Shown here: piece by piece, positions 20,084 to 30,071 of the stretch
How positions within the stretch are numbered: position 1 is the stretch's first letter
Layout of the letters: every line of letters starts with the position of its first letter
Assembly (NCBI GenBank): GCA_965202605.1
Contig: OZ241838.1
Span: forward strand, 3,325,008 to 3,389,007
Origin: a bacterium
Lineage (GTDB): Bacteria; JAAXHH01
DNA: 64,000 nt
Direction: 5' to 3'
Made by a program: the position numbers and the translations under genes
The notes under the pieces: generated by a model
What the model saw: only the letters and a program-made list of their open reading frames with translations
Database searches by the model: none
Told to the model about the DNA's origin: nothing

Positions 20084-23000
20084 TTACCTCCCTGGACGCC
20101 ATCCTTTACGAACAGCGTTTTCCAACTTGCCGATCTCCCTTCCTATTTCATTCAGTTTCGGGTACAACAGGTGATTGTAGGCAGCCTCTCCGCCAACAAA
20201 AACCAATCCAACCGCTGCCCCAGCCAATAATCCATATGGTCCGCCGTATGCAGATGCAACCAGGTATCCGGTCGCGGTAGATGCGCCGTACCCGGTGAAA
20301 ACGTAAGCGAATTCGCCTACACTGATTCGTCCCTTTTGCATTGCTCGGAAATCATGGAGTATACCCAAAGAAGAAGCAAGCGGACCTACCCTACCCAAGT
20401 GCCTTCTGATAGTCTCCAAGCTTCTATAGATAACCAAGGTTCTTCTACTGCCCATCAAGTCTTGAATTGTCGTGGAGTTCCTATATCTTAGCACCCCTAA
20501 TTCGACAGTAGCTATACCTGCGGACACATACTCACCACCACTACGTACAATGCGCCTTGCTGTGTTCAGGGTTTCAATGTTGAAGTAAGGCGAGCCTTGT
20601 TTTTCAACATCGAACCTGGCACCCCAGGCGCGATCAAACCACAAGTGATTGTAATGACGCTGCCCCCATACGACCACCGGATCCATCTCGTATACATCCA
20701 CCTCTCCGTCACCGTTCTTGTCCTCCCACTCGAGTCCGTATTGGTCAATGCGATTTACCGGATTACTGCCGGTATAGGCATATGCGCTGAATTCAGGATC
20801 TTTCAAGGCCAGCGGGTCTGCTTGCAGGAACCGCAGCGACTCCGATCGGTAAGTCCGAAACGGCATGAAGTCCAGTCTGGATTCTTCATCCCTCTCGTGG
20901 CCGGTGAACTTGAACGGCGTGCTGTCCGTGCCGCTCGAGGCCAGGACCTCTCCGTAGGGCCAGTAGTCGTAGGTGGCGGCAGCCGTGCCGCTTGACGAAA
21001 GCAGTGTTCTCGTGCTTCCCAGATGATCCTTAAGGTAGTAGGAAACCACCCCGCCCGCAACTCTGGCCAGGCGCTCGCCGCCGGCATACACGTAGGCGGC
21101 GGTCAGGTTGCCGGCGCCGTCATAAGTGGCGAGCACGCTGCCGCCCGCGCCCCTGACGTAGTACGTCGTCTGCCCGCCGCCGGCCTTCTTCACGCGGTAG
21201 CCCTCGGCGTCCAGGGTGTACGCGTAGGCGCCGTAGCCGGTGACCAGGCCGCGGTGGTCGTAGGCCATGGCGGTCCCCGCCACCGAGGTGGCCGATCCAT
21301 TGGCATTGTACAGGAAGTAGTCGGTACTTCCGTCTACGATGAGGCTGTCCAGCCGGTTGGGGGTTGAACCGCGCGAGTAGGAATAGGTGGCCGTGTCGCC
21401 GTCGGTCGCGACGTGCGTGATATTGCCGTTGGCGTCGTAGGCGTAGGTCCTGGCGTGGGCGCTGCCCAGGCCCATGGTCTCGAGGCGGTGCAGGCCGTCG
21501 TAGGTATAGGAGGCGGTTTTCAGGGCTTCGGACGCGGTGCGGCGGTAGCGCTGGGAAGTGACGTTGCCCACCGCGTCATACATCTGGCTCAGGGTGAACC
21601 TGCCGGGATAGCTTATCCGGCTCACCCAGTCGCGCACGTTGTATGCGTAGGCGCCGGTGGCCAGGCTGCCGCCGACCGTGTGGGTGCTCATGCGTCCGTC
21701 GCCGTCGTAGCCGTAGGCCGCCAGGGCGCTTCCCTCGGCGTCCGTCACGCCCGCCAGGCGACCCGCCGCATCGTAGGCGTAATGGACCTCGCCGCCGTCT
21801 GGATAGACCATGGCGGTCACCTTGCCGGCCAGGTCGTAGCGATAGCCTATGTCCTTGTCGGGCAGCGTATCGATGGCTACCCGCCGGAGGACGACGCGTC
21901 CTTCGTGGTCGTAGGCGATACGCGTAGCGACCTCGGCCGCGGCGTCGGCATCGGTATTCTGCTCGATCCGCGTGGGACGGCCCACGGGAAAGGTGGCCCG
22001 CACGCCCCATGCGTTCGACGCACCCGATTCGCCCGTATCATAGCTGTACCGGCTCGTCCACGAGGCCGCGTCGGTCTCGAAGGCGTAGGCCCTGTTCGGG
22101 TCGAGCGAGGCGAGGGTCCGCGTCACCTCGCCGGAGCGGACCATGCGGTTGAACCTGTCGTAGGCAAAATAGCTGACCTTGCCGCCTGCGGCCTGCTGCG
22201 CGTCCTGTGAGAAACGCACGTTGTGACGGCTATCGTACTTGTACTTCGTCGTGCCCGCGTCCGGCTGCGTTTTCGAGACCATGTCGCCGTGGGCGTCGTA
22301 GGTATACGTCGTCGCGTCGCCCATGGGCGCGGTGGACCTGACCAGTCGTCCCAGGCCGTCGTAGGCGAAGCGCGTCGTGGTTTCGTCGGTCCCGCCGGAG
22401 TCGGCTACGGCGGCCACGACCTGCCCCCACCTGTCGAAGTGGCTGGTCACGCGTCTTCCGAGCTCGTCGGTGACGGTCTCGAAGCGGTTCTCCATGCTCA
22501 CGCGGGCGAGATCGCCCTTGCCGTATACGATGCTGGAGGAGACGGTCTCTCCGGGCACCGTGACGGTCTTCGTACGCATGAGGGGATCGGCGGCGTAGGC
22601 GGTTCGGGTCGTCCGCGGCGTCACAGGCGCGGTCACGGAATCCGTCCGCGCGGTCGTTACCCCCACGGGCAGGGTCTGCGACACGGGTCTTCCCAGGCCG
22701 TTGTAGGCGGTGTGCGTCACCAGGTCGCGGCCGCCCGTATTGACGCGCTGCTGCATGGGCCTGCTGCTCGCGTCGTAGTAGGCGACGCTCTGCGTGGAGG
22801 CGCCCAGGTAGAGTCCGGCGACGTGGAAACGGCCGCCGCGGCCGCGCAGGGTGAGTTCGGGACGCCAGCCTGAGGGGAAACCGCTACGGCTCGCCCGCGC
22901 GCCCTGGCTCTTCCTGGCGGAGGCGAAGTTGTCGTACCGCATCACCGAGGCGTAGATATCGCCGCCCGCGGTGACGTCGATCTCGCAGGCGTACCACGCC

Positions 23001-23332
23001 AGGGCAGGCGCGTCGAAATCGTCCAGGCCGCTCGCCCGATGCACGCCGTCCTCGTACACCCTGAAGCGGCCTGGGCCGCTGTCGTAGCGTATCTCGAAGG
23101 ACGACTTGCTGCTGCGGGCCGTATCCCGGACCCCGAGGACGACGGGGGTGCTGTCCGCCTGCGTGGTTACGTACACGTCCGCGCGGATGCTCAGGGGCGC
23201 ACCCGATGTGGGCAGGGCATAGCTCCCGTCCGTGCCGATGCGCATGGCCTGCCGGCCGGCGTACCGCACGTCCTCGTCGACGTCGCCGGAGGTGACGGCG
23301 GGCACGCCGAGGTCGGGGTCTATGCCGGCCAC
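20084..23332 (-). CDS. Rhs/YD-repeat protein, 5'-truncated orphan copy with C-terminal variable domain
   Basis: YD repeats throughout, core-terminating DQYGLEWED motif, then about 210-aa C-terminal domain with a Gly-rich hydrophobic segment. DNA homology to the upstream full-length Rhs begins near 23385; no SpvB N-terminus. Confidence 0.75.
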   Translation of the reverse strand: MAGIDPDLGVPAVTSGDVDEDVRYAGRQAMRIGTDGSYALPTSGAPLSIRADVYVTTQADSTPVVLGVRDTARSSKSSFEIRYDSGPGRFRVYEDGVHRASGLDDFDAPALAWYACEIDVTAGGDIYASVMRYDNFASARKSQGARASRSGFPSGWRPELTLRGRGGRFHVAGLYLGASTQSVAYYDASSRPMQQRVNTGGRDLVTHTAYNGLGRPVSQTLPVGVTTARTDSVTAPVTPRTTRTAYAADPLMRTKTVTVPGETVSSSIVYGKGDLARVSMENRFETVTDELGRRVTSHFDRWGQVVAAVADSGGTDETTTRFAYDGLGRLVRSTAPMGDATTYTYDAHGDMVSKTQPDAGTTKYKYDSRHNVRFSQDAQQAAGGKVSYFAYDRFNRMVRSGEVTRTLASLDPNRAYAFETDAASWTSRYSYDTGESGASNAWGVRATFPVGRPTRIEQNTDADAAAEVATRIAYDHEGRVVLRRVAIDTLPDKDIGYRYDLAGKVTAMVYPDGGEVHYAYDAAGRLAGVTDAEGSALAAYGYDGDGRMSTHTVGGSLATGAYAYNVRDWVSRISYPGRFTLSQMYDAVGNVTSQRYRRTASEALKTASYTYDGLHRLETMGLGSAHARTYAYDANGNITHVATDGDTATYSYSRGSTPNRLDSLIVDGSTDYFLYNANGSATSVAGTAMAYDHRGLVTGYGAYAYTLDAEGYRVKKAGGGQTTYYVRGAGGSVLATYDGAGNLTAAYVYAGGERLARVAGGVVSYYLKDHLGSTRTLLSSSGTAAATYDYWPYGEVLASSGTDSTPFKFTGHERDEESRLDFMPFRTYRSESLRFLQADPLALKDPEFSAYAYTGSNPVNRIDQYGLEWEDKNGDGEVDVYEMDPVVVWGQRHYNHLWFDRAWGARFDVEKQGSPYFNIETLNTARRIVRSGGEYVSAGIATVELGVLRYRNSTTIQDLMGSRRTLVIYRSLETIRRHLGRVGPLASSLGILHDFRAMQKGRISVGEFAYVFTGYGASTATGYLVASAYGGPYGLLAGAAVGLVFVGGEAAYNHLLYPKLNEIGREIGKLENAVRKGWRPGR

Positions 23333-23648
23333 GAAGTCGGCGCCGGGCTTCAGGTGCGTGCCCGGGCCCAGGACGATGCGCCGCCACGCTGTGATCCGGC
23401 CTGCAACGTCTCAACACCTCAGACACGATACTGATCTGATCAACGGGTAAAACCGCAGGTCTTTCGTTCTACAACCATGAAAGACAGCATCAGTCGCCGG
23501 GTTATCTCGCTCCAGCCAAGGTGCATTTCGAACAGCAGTCACATATCGAGGATCCACTTTGAAGATTGCGATCTGTGGTCCATGCTTTGGGGCAAGTTCA
23601 AAAACATATCGGTTCGTTGTCCTCTGGACCGAGTCAACTCCACCCGTA

Positions 23649-24146
23649 CTATCTCCATCTGAGGGTATTGAACCCGCGTTTCTTACGTTCGGAGGGAATA
23701 CCTTCCATTCGTCCAAGTATTTGATCCATCTTGGGCATCAACAAACATGTAATGATCAGCTCACCTCCGGATCGCAGTAACAAACGAGCGTAGTAATACT
23801 CCTCCATTGAAAAAAACGTTATCCAACTTCCCTTATCTATGCTAGCGGATCTGTATACAATACAGTGCTCTATATCTTCTGCTTTGAATACCTCTTCCTG
23901 ACCGTTTGTGTATCGTATGATCTCGTTTTCGGTCACCGCATATTCCTCTCCGCGGTTCTTATGCCAGTACTGCAAATGGAGATACAGAGCTGGGAGAAAA
24001 TCTATTAGAAAAACAATACCAAATATGATAGACAAGGATGTATCGAATTCGAACCAGTAAAGTGTCGCTAAAAACAATGCAGGTAGTATAAAAGCGTGAT
24101 GGATTACTATCATGTGGTTGATTGGATTAATCCTGTACCTTTTCAT
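23649..24146 (-). CDS. Small membrane protein, candidate Rhs-toxin immunity protein (paralog of 19243..19728)
   Basis: 165 aa, two N-terminal hydrophobic helices, shared motifs (FGIVFL.DFLP.LYLHLQYW...YYYARLLLRSG) with the 19243..19728 product. Confidence 0.5.
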   Translation of the reverse strand: MKRYRINPINHMIVIHHAFILPALFLATLYWFEFDTSLSIIFGIVFLIDFLPALYLHLQYWHKNRGEEYAVTENEIIRYTNGQEEVFKAEDIEHCIVYRSASIDKGSWITFFSMEEYYYARLLLRSGGELIITCLLMPKMDQILGRMEGIPSERKKRGFNTLRWR

Positions 24147-24503
24147 TACTATACTCCTCCGATATGTTATAGAGTTTCATGTTTTCTTGAACAGTTATTG
24201 GTTCATTCAGGAGTGGTCTTGAATCGCAATTTACAGTTCCTGGTCGACAGGTAGAACAAGGCTGAATGTCATCAATTGCTATCGGTAAAGATATTGGTGT
24301 ATTCGACCCGGGCTGGTTGCCTTCAGCTTTGGAACCAACTCATCTTCGATCAAGCAGTTCGCATTCCAAGTTGGCGAGCAAGTTACGCGCAGGGCTCTGC
24401 CGGGTCAGTCTTCGACAGAGCCCTGGAGGGTCGGAAGCCGATCTACCTGGATCGTACACACAGGCCTCGAAGAAGCTAAGACCTTGGTTGCTTTGGGCGT
24501 TGA

Positions 24504-25085
24504 CTACCTCCTCGAAAGCCAGCCCTTACGGACAGCATTTTCCAAGTTTCCGATCTCCCTACCTATTTGATTTAATTTAGGATACAGATTACTGTAGGCA
24601 GCTTCTCCGCCAACAAAAACCAAACCAACCGCTGCCCCAGCCAATAATCCATATGGTCCGCCGTATGCAGATGCAACCAAGTATCCTGTTGCGGCAGATG
24701 CACCGAATCCCGTAGAAATGTAAGTGAATCTGCCTACACCGATTTTACCAGTTTGCATTGCACGAAAATCAAAAGCCAAACTTAAAACAGAAGTAAAAAG
24801 GCCAACCCTGCCCAAGATCGACCTGGCAGCTCCCAAGTCTCTATACACCGCATACAGCCTGGGTGGGTTGTCTATCAAGTCATCGATCGATGAGAAATTC
24901 CCATACCTACGTACCCCGATTTCGACGGCGCTTATACCAGCGGCTCCATACTCGACTCCGCTACGTACAATGCGCCTTGCTGTGTTCAGGGTTTCAATGT
25001 TAAAGTAAGGAGATCCTTGTATTTCAACGTCGAACCTGGCACCCCATGCGCGATCGAACCACAAGTGATTGTAATGACGCTGCCC
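24504..25085 (-). CDS. Rhs C-terminal variable domain, separated from the Rhs core by an in-frame TAG
   Basis: In frame with the Rhs core at 25086..30071. The codon corresponding to TGG (Trp) in the orphan copy (VVVWGQRHYNHLWFDRAWG) is TAG here. Downstream sequence continues the homology. Confidence 0.5.
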   Translation of the reverse strand, partial: GQRHYNHLWFDRAWGARFDVEIQGSPYFNIETLNTARRIVRSGVEYGAAGISAVEIGVRRYGNFSSIDDLIDNPPRLYAVYRDLGAARSILGRVGLFTSVLSLAFDFRAMQTGKIGVGRFTYISTGFGASAATGYLVASAYGGPYGLLAGAAVGLVFVGGEAAYSNLYPKLNQIGREIGNLENAVRKGWLSRR

Positions 25086-28000
25086 CTATACGACCACGGG
25101 TTCCATCTCGTACACATCCACCTCTCCGTCCCCGTTTTGGTCCTCCCACTCGAGTCCGTACTGGTCGATGCGGTTTATCGGATTACTGCCGGTATAGGCA
25201 TATGCGCTGAATTCAGGATCTTTCAAGGCCAGCGGGTCGGCCTGCAGGAACCGCAGCGACCCCGACCGGTAAGTGCGGTACTGCATGAAGTCCAGTCCGG
25301 ACTCTTCGTCCCGCTCGTGTCCGGTGAACTTGAACGGTGCACTGTCCGTGCCGCTCGAGGCCAGGACCTCTCCGTAGGGCCAGTAGTCGTAGGTGGCGGT
25401 AGCCGTGCCGCTTGACGAAAGTAGCGTTCTCGTGCTGCCCAGATGATCCTTAAGGTAGTAGGAAACCACCTCTCCCGCAACGCTGACCAGCCTGTCGCCG
25501 CCGGCATACACGTAGGCGGCGGTCAGGTCCCCGGCGGCATCATAGGTGGCGAGCACGTTTCCGCCCGCGCCCCGGATGTAGTACACGGTGTTCCCGCCGC
25601 CGACCTTCTTCACGCGGTAGCCCTCGGCGTCCAGGGTGTACGCATAGGCGCCGTACCCGTTGACCAGGCCGCGGTGATCGTAGCTCATGGCGGTCCCCGC
25701 CACCGAGGTGGCCGAACCGTTGGCGTTGTACGAAAAACGCTCCGTCACGCTCCCCTTGGCGATGCTGTCCAGCCTGTTGGGGGTTGAACCGCGCGAGTAG
25801 GCATAGGTGGCCGTGTCGCCGTCGGTCGCGACGTGCGTGATATTGCCGTTGTCGTCGTAGGCGTAGGTCCTGGAGCGGGTGGCGCCCAGGCCCATGGTCT
25901 CGAGGCGGTGCAGGCCGTCGTAGGTATAGGAGGCGGTCTTGAGGGGTTCGGTGGCCGCGCGCCGGTAGTTCTGCGAAGTGACGTTGCCCACCGCGTCGTA
26001 GGCCTGGTCGAGCGTGAACCTGCCGGGATAGCTTATCTCACTTACCCAGTCGCGCACGTTGTATGCGTAGGCGCCGGTGGCCAGGGTACCGCCGACCGTG
26101 TGGGCGCTCATGCGTCCGTCGCTATCGTAGGCGTAGGTCGCCAGGGCGCTTCCTTCGGCGCCTGTCACGCCTGCCAGACGGCCTGCCGCATCGTAGGCGT
26201 AATGGACCTCGCTACCGTCGGGATAGACCATGGCGGTCACCTTGCCGGCCAGGTCGTAGCGATAGGCCATGTCCTTGTCGGGCAGCGTATCGATGGCTAC
26301 CCGCCGGAGGATGACGCGTCCCTCGTGGTCGTAGGCGATGCGCGTAGTGACCTCGGCCGCGGCGTCGGCGTCGGTGTTCTGCTCGATCCGCGTAGGACGG
26401 CCGACAGGCCAGGTGGCCCGCACGCCCCATGCGTTCGACGCGCCCGATGCGTCGATATCGTAGATATACCGGCTTGTCCACGAGGCCGCGTCGGTCTCAA
26501 AGGCATAGGCCCTGTTCGCGTCGAGCGACGCGAAGGTCCGCGTCACCTCGCCGGAGCGGACCATGCGGCCAAACTTGTCATAGGTAAAGTAGCTGACCTT
26601 GCGGCCTGCGGCCTGCTGCGCGTCCTGGGAGAAGCGCACGTTGTGACGGCTATCGTACTTGTACTTCGTAGTTCCCGCGTCCGGCTGCGTCTTCGAGACC
26701 ATGTCGCCGTGGGCGTCGTAGGTATACGTCGTCACGTCGCCCATGGGCGCGGTTGACCTGATCAGCCGTCCCAGGCCGTCGTAGGCGAAGCGGGTGGTGG
26801 TCTCGTCGGTCCCGCCGGAGTCGGCGACGGCGGCGACGACCTGCCCCCACCTGTCGAAGTGGCTGGTCACGCTCTTGCCCAGTTCGTCGGTGACGGTCTC
26901 GTAGCGGTTCTCCACGCTCACGCGGGTGAGATCGCCCTTGCCGTATACGATGTTGGAGGAGACGCTCTCTCCCGGCGCCGTGACGGTCTTCGTGCGCATG
27001 AGGGGATCGGCGGCGTAGGTTGTCCGGGTCGTCCGCGGCGTCACAGGCGCAGATACGGCGTCCGTCCGCGCGGTGGATACGCCCACGGGCAGGGTCTGCG
27101 ACACGGACCTTCCCATGCCATTGTAGGTGGTGTGCGTCACCAGGTCGCGGCCCCCGGTGACGACGCGCCGTTGCATGGGCCTGCTGCTGGCGTCGTAGTA
27201 GGCGACGCTCTGCGTGGAGGACCCCAGGTAGAGTCCGGCGACGTGGAACCGTCCGCCGCTGCCGCGCAGGGTGAGCTCGGGACGCCAGCCTGAGGGGAAC
27301 CCGCTGCGGCTCGCCCGCGCGCCCTGGCTCTTCCGGCCTGAGGCGAAGTTGTCGTACCGCATCACCGAGGCGTAGATATCGCCGCTCGCGGTGATGTCGA
27401 TCTCGCAGGCGTACCACGCCAGGCTCGGCGCGTCGAAATCGTCCAGGCCGCTCGCCTGGCGCACGCCGTCCTCGTAGACCCTGAAGCGGTCCGCGCCCGC
27501 GTCGTAGCGTATCTCGAAGGACGCGTTGCTGCTGCGGGCCGTATCGCGGACCCCGAGGACGACGGGCGTGCTGCCGGTCTGCGTCGATAGGTACACGTCG
27601 GCGCGGATGCTCAAGGGCGCGCCGGTAGTGGGCAGGCTATAGGTTCCGTCCGTGCCGATGCGCATGGCCTGCCGGCCGTCGAGCCGCACGTCCTCGTCGA
27701 CATCGCCCGCAGTGACGGCGGGCACGCCGAGGTCGGGGTCCACCCCGGCTGTGAATTCGGCGCCGGGCTTCAGGTGCGTGCCCGGGCCCAGTACGATGCG
27801 CTCCCTGGCACGGAGCGTCACGGCGGCGCCGGGCTCGGCCGTCAGGCCGGCATTAAAATCGATGGCGTCCGCCTCGTAGCGCATCTCCTCTCCGTCGCTC
27901 ACCGTCACCTGCGCGTCGAAGTCCAGCAGGGGAATAAGCCGTTCATGCAGCGGATACCCTTGCGGGTCGACGTAGGCCGCCGAGGCGATCCGGTTGGGGT

Positions 28001-30071
28001 CCGTTTTCGCATAGGTGCCGTCGTTCTCGTGGCGGGACCACGCGGTGAGCCGCCGCGCGGTGATCCGGCCCATGCCGTCCTCGGAGAGGAAGGCCGAGCC
28101 GAGAGGATCCCTGAAATAGCGCCTTGCGACGCCGTTGGCGTCCTGCATGGCGGTGACGGCCAGGTTCGCTGGGTCGTACGTGACAAGCGAGGTGGGCAGG
28201 GCCGACGCGGGATATACGCGCACGTTGTCGATGAACAGGCGGCCGCTGGCAACATCGTTGCGGAAGAGGACCCGGTCGGGCATAGAGGCGGACGTCAGGT
28301 CGTAGTAGCCGGTCTTCGGATAGCGGACGCCGTCGACCCGGGCGAACCAGCGCCGCGCGGATGAGTTGGTGGTGTCCCACTCCAGGCGGACGTGGTGCCA
28401 GCGGTTGACGCGGTAGGCGGTGTGGAGCGCTTCAGGCGTCCGGCTTCCGTTGTCGTGAACGCCGAAGGTGCCGTCGGCCTTCAGATCGAACCCCAAAACC
28501 GTTCTCGCGCCCGACGACAGGGTAACGGCGGAGTGGTCCGCGTTGCTGTCCAGCATCACGTCGCATTCGAACACGCCTGCCCCGAGCGCCGGGACGGTAA
28601 GCCTGAGCGCCTGATCGTTCGCGCTGCCGAGTGCCCTCAGCACGCCGTCTTCAAGCGCTACGCGGGCCGGACTAGCGGACGACCAGTCCGGGGTGGCCAG
28701 GAGCGCCGCGGCGTCCTCGTAGTCGTCGAAGACGTAGGCTCGGACCTGCGACGACCTCGTGTTGGCGAAGGCGGCCACTGGCGCGAGTCTGTCGTAGCCC
28801 CATACGGAGGTTTCCACGGTCCCTGCCGCGTCCTTTATCTCGATGGGCTGTCCCTCCGGCGTGAAACTCAGGACTTCCTGTTCCAGACGCCTGCCGGACG
28901 GCGTGCCGCCGTAGGTTTTCTGCACCTTAAAATTCGTGCCGTAGTCGAATTCTGCATGATCCAGGATGCCGCCGCCGTGGTCTTTGACCGTGACTGCCGC
29001 CGGCTTGTCCCAGATACGCCGGGCGTCGGTCATGATCTCGTACTCCGGGTCGGAAGCGGCATCGGGTAGGAGGATGACCTCGATATCCCTGGCGTAGCCC
29101 TGAACGTGCCACCTGGCCGCCCCGTCCATCGGCTTCGGGGTGAGTGCGCTGATCGTCACTTCGAGCAACGCCCTGGGCGACACGCCGGCGGCGTGTCGCG
29201 GCACGGCGATTTCCTCGTCGAAGGCTAACTCGCCGTTCGCAACCTGGCCGGAGAAACCACCGACGTACGTGGATCTGCCGTTCAGTCCCGGCCAGATGAG
29301 CCTGACCGCCACCGAGCCTGAGGGTCCGCCCGTACCCGTTGCGGGACCCAGCACATCGCGAAGGCCCGTCTTGCCCCGGACCCTGACGTAAGGGTCGGCA
29401 ACGTCGAACGCCGTGGAGCGGAAGCGGACGCTGAGCGTACTCTCCTTGACGACGGCCGGGGTTGCCGTGGCCTCGGCCCAGAGTTCCTGAAGGCCCGTGA
29501 GGTTCCCGGACCAGTCGTAGACGCCCGTGGAATCGGAGGCGGCTACGCTGTCCCAGGCATAGTCCGCCTTCGCGTTCTCCACGCTGGTGATCTCGGCGTA
29601 GGTCCGTATGCCCGTCGGCGCCGCGCTCGGATCGGCGGAACTGTGCAGCGTCACCCGCATGTAGCCCGAGCGCACGCGGTCGGGCACGACGAGGGTGGTA
29701 TCCACGGTCATCCGGACCGTCGCCGTCGGCGCGGTGAAGATCTCGTCCGCGATGATCGAGACGGGCGAAGAAGGCGCGTCCCACACGATCTCGACCTTTG
29801 CTGTGCCGTACAGGTCCGTACCGGTGCCGGACACCTTGTCGAGCCCGACCGTACCCACGATCTCGAGTCTCGGACTGGTGAGCCGGAACCTGTCGCTCTC
29901 GTACACCGCGGTTACCAGGTTCTCCTTGTTGTCGTTCTGCCCGTTCGCCCGGGTCCACACCCGGCTTCTGCCGGTCGCGGACCGGTTGTAATCGAAGTCG
30001 CCCCTGGGTGTCTCCCAGGGACGGCGGGTCGTCTGACCAGTCGTACGGCTGGTCCTGGCTGTCGGCGCCAC
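25086..30071 (-). CDS. Rhs/YD-repeat protein core
   Basis: 1661-aa ORF rich in YD repeats. C-terminal about 1080 aa nearly collinear with the orphan copy at 20084..23332. Upstream SpvB-like segment is in a different frame; ends with stop at 25086-25088. Confidence 0.8.
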   Translation of the reverse strand: MAPTARTSRTTGQTTRRPWETPRGDFDYNRSATGRSRVWTRANGQNDNKENLVTAVYESDRFRLTSPRLEIVGTVGLDKVSGTGTDLYGTAKVEIVWDAPSSPVSIIADEIFTAPTATVRMTVDTTLVVPDRVRSGYMRVTLHSSADPSAAPTGIRTYAEITSVENAKADYAWDSVAASDSTGVYDWSGNLTGLQELWAEATATPAVVKESTLSVRFRSTAFDVADPYVRVRGKTGLRDVLGPATGTGGPSGSVAVRLIWPGLNGRSTYVGGFSGQVANGELAFDEEIAVPRHAAGVSPRALLEVTISALTPKPMDGAARWHVQGYARDIEVILLPDAASDPEYEIMTDARRIWDKPAAVTVKDHGGGILDHAEFDYGTNFKVQKTYGGTPSGRRLEQEVLSFTPEGQPIEIKDAAGTVETSVWGYDRLAPVAAFANTRSSQVRAYVFDDYEDAAALLATPDWSSASPARVALEDGVLRALGSANDQALRLTVPALGAGVFECDVMLDSNADHSAVTLSSGARTVLGFDLKADGTFGVHDNGSRTPEALHTAYRVNRWHHVRLEWDTTNSSARRWFARVDGVRYPKTGYYDLTSASMPDRVLFRNDVASGRLFIDNVRVYPASALPTSLVTYDPANLAVTAMQDANGVARRYFRDPLGSAFLSEDGMGRITARRLTAWSRHENDGTYAKTDPNRIASAAYVDPQGYPLHERLIPLLDFDAQVTVSDGEEMRYEADAIDFNAGLTAEPGAAVTLRARERIVLGPGTHLKPGAEFTAGVDPDLGVPAVTAGDVDEDVRLDGRQAMRIGTDGTYSLPTTGAPLSIRADVYLSTQTGSTPVVLGVRDTARSSNASFEIRYDAGADRFRVYEDGVRQASGLDDFDAPSLAWYACEIDITASGDIYASVMRYDNFASGRKSQGARASRSGFPSGWRPELTLRGSGGRFHVAGLYLGSSTQSVAYYDASSRPMQRRVVTGGRDLVTHTTYNGMGRSVSQTLPVGVSTARTDAVSAPVTPRTTRTTYAADPLMRTKTVTAPGESVSSNIVYGKGDLTRVSVENRYETVTDELGKSVTSHFDRWGQVVAAVADSGGTDETTTRFAYDGLGRLIRSTAPMGDVTTYTYDAHGDMVSKTQPDAGTTKYKYDSRHNVRFSQDAQQAAGRKVSYFTYDKFGRMVRSGEVTRTFASLDANRAYAFETDAASWTSRYIYDIDASGASNAWGVRATWPVGRPTRIEQNTDADAAAEVTTRIAYDHEGRVILRRVAIDTLPDKDMAYRYDLAGKVTAMVYPDGSEVHYAYDAAGRLAGVTGAEGSALATYAYDSDGRMSAHTVGGTLATGAYAYNVRDWVSEISYPGRFTLDQAYDAVGNVTSQNYRRAATEPLKTASYTYDGLHRLETMGLGATRSRTYAYDDNGNITHVATDGDTATYAYSRGSTPNRLDSIAKGSVTERFSYNANGSATSVAGTAMSYDHRGLVNGYGAYAYTLDAEGYRVKKVGGGNTVYYIRGAGGNVLATYDAAGDLTAAYVYAGGDRLVSVAGEVVSYYLKDHLGSTRTLLSSSGTATATYDYWPYGEVLASSGTDSAPFKFTGHERDEESGLDFMQYRTYRSGSLRFLQADPLALKDPEFSAYAYTGSNPINRIDQYGLEWEDQNGDGEVDVYEMEPVVV

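Noticed and set aside
19749-20174. 141-aa plus-strand ORF in the gap between the orphan Rhs C-terminus and the candidate immunity gene
   Set aside because: Overlaps the Rhs 3' end on the opposite strand and has no motifs; the spacer more likely carries regulatory structure (the dyad at 19979-20010).
28927-29999. C-terminal about 360 aa of ORF 28927..32451
   Set aside because: Arg-rich read-through in the wrong frame across the Rhs core; the real SpvB-like coding sequence ends near 30000 where the Rhs frame takes over.
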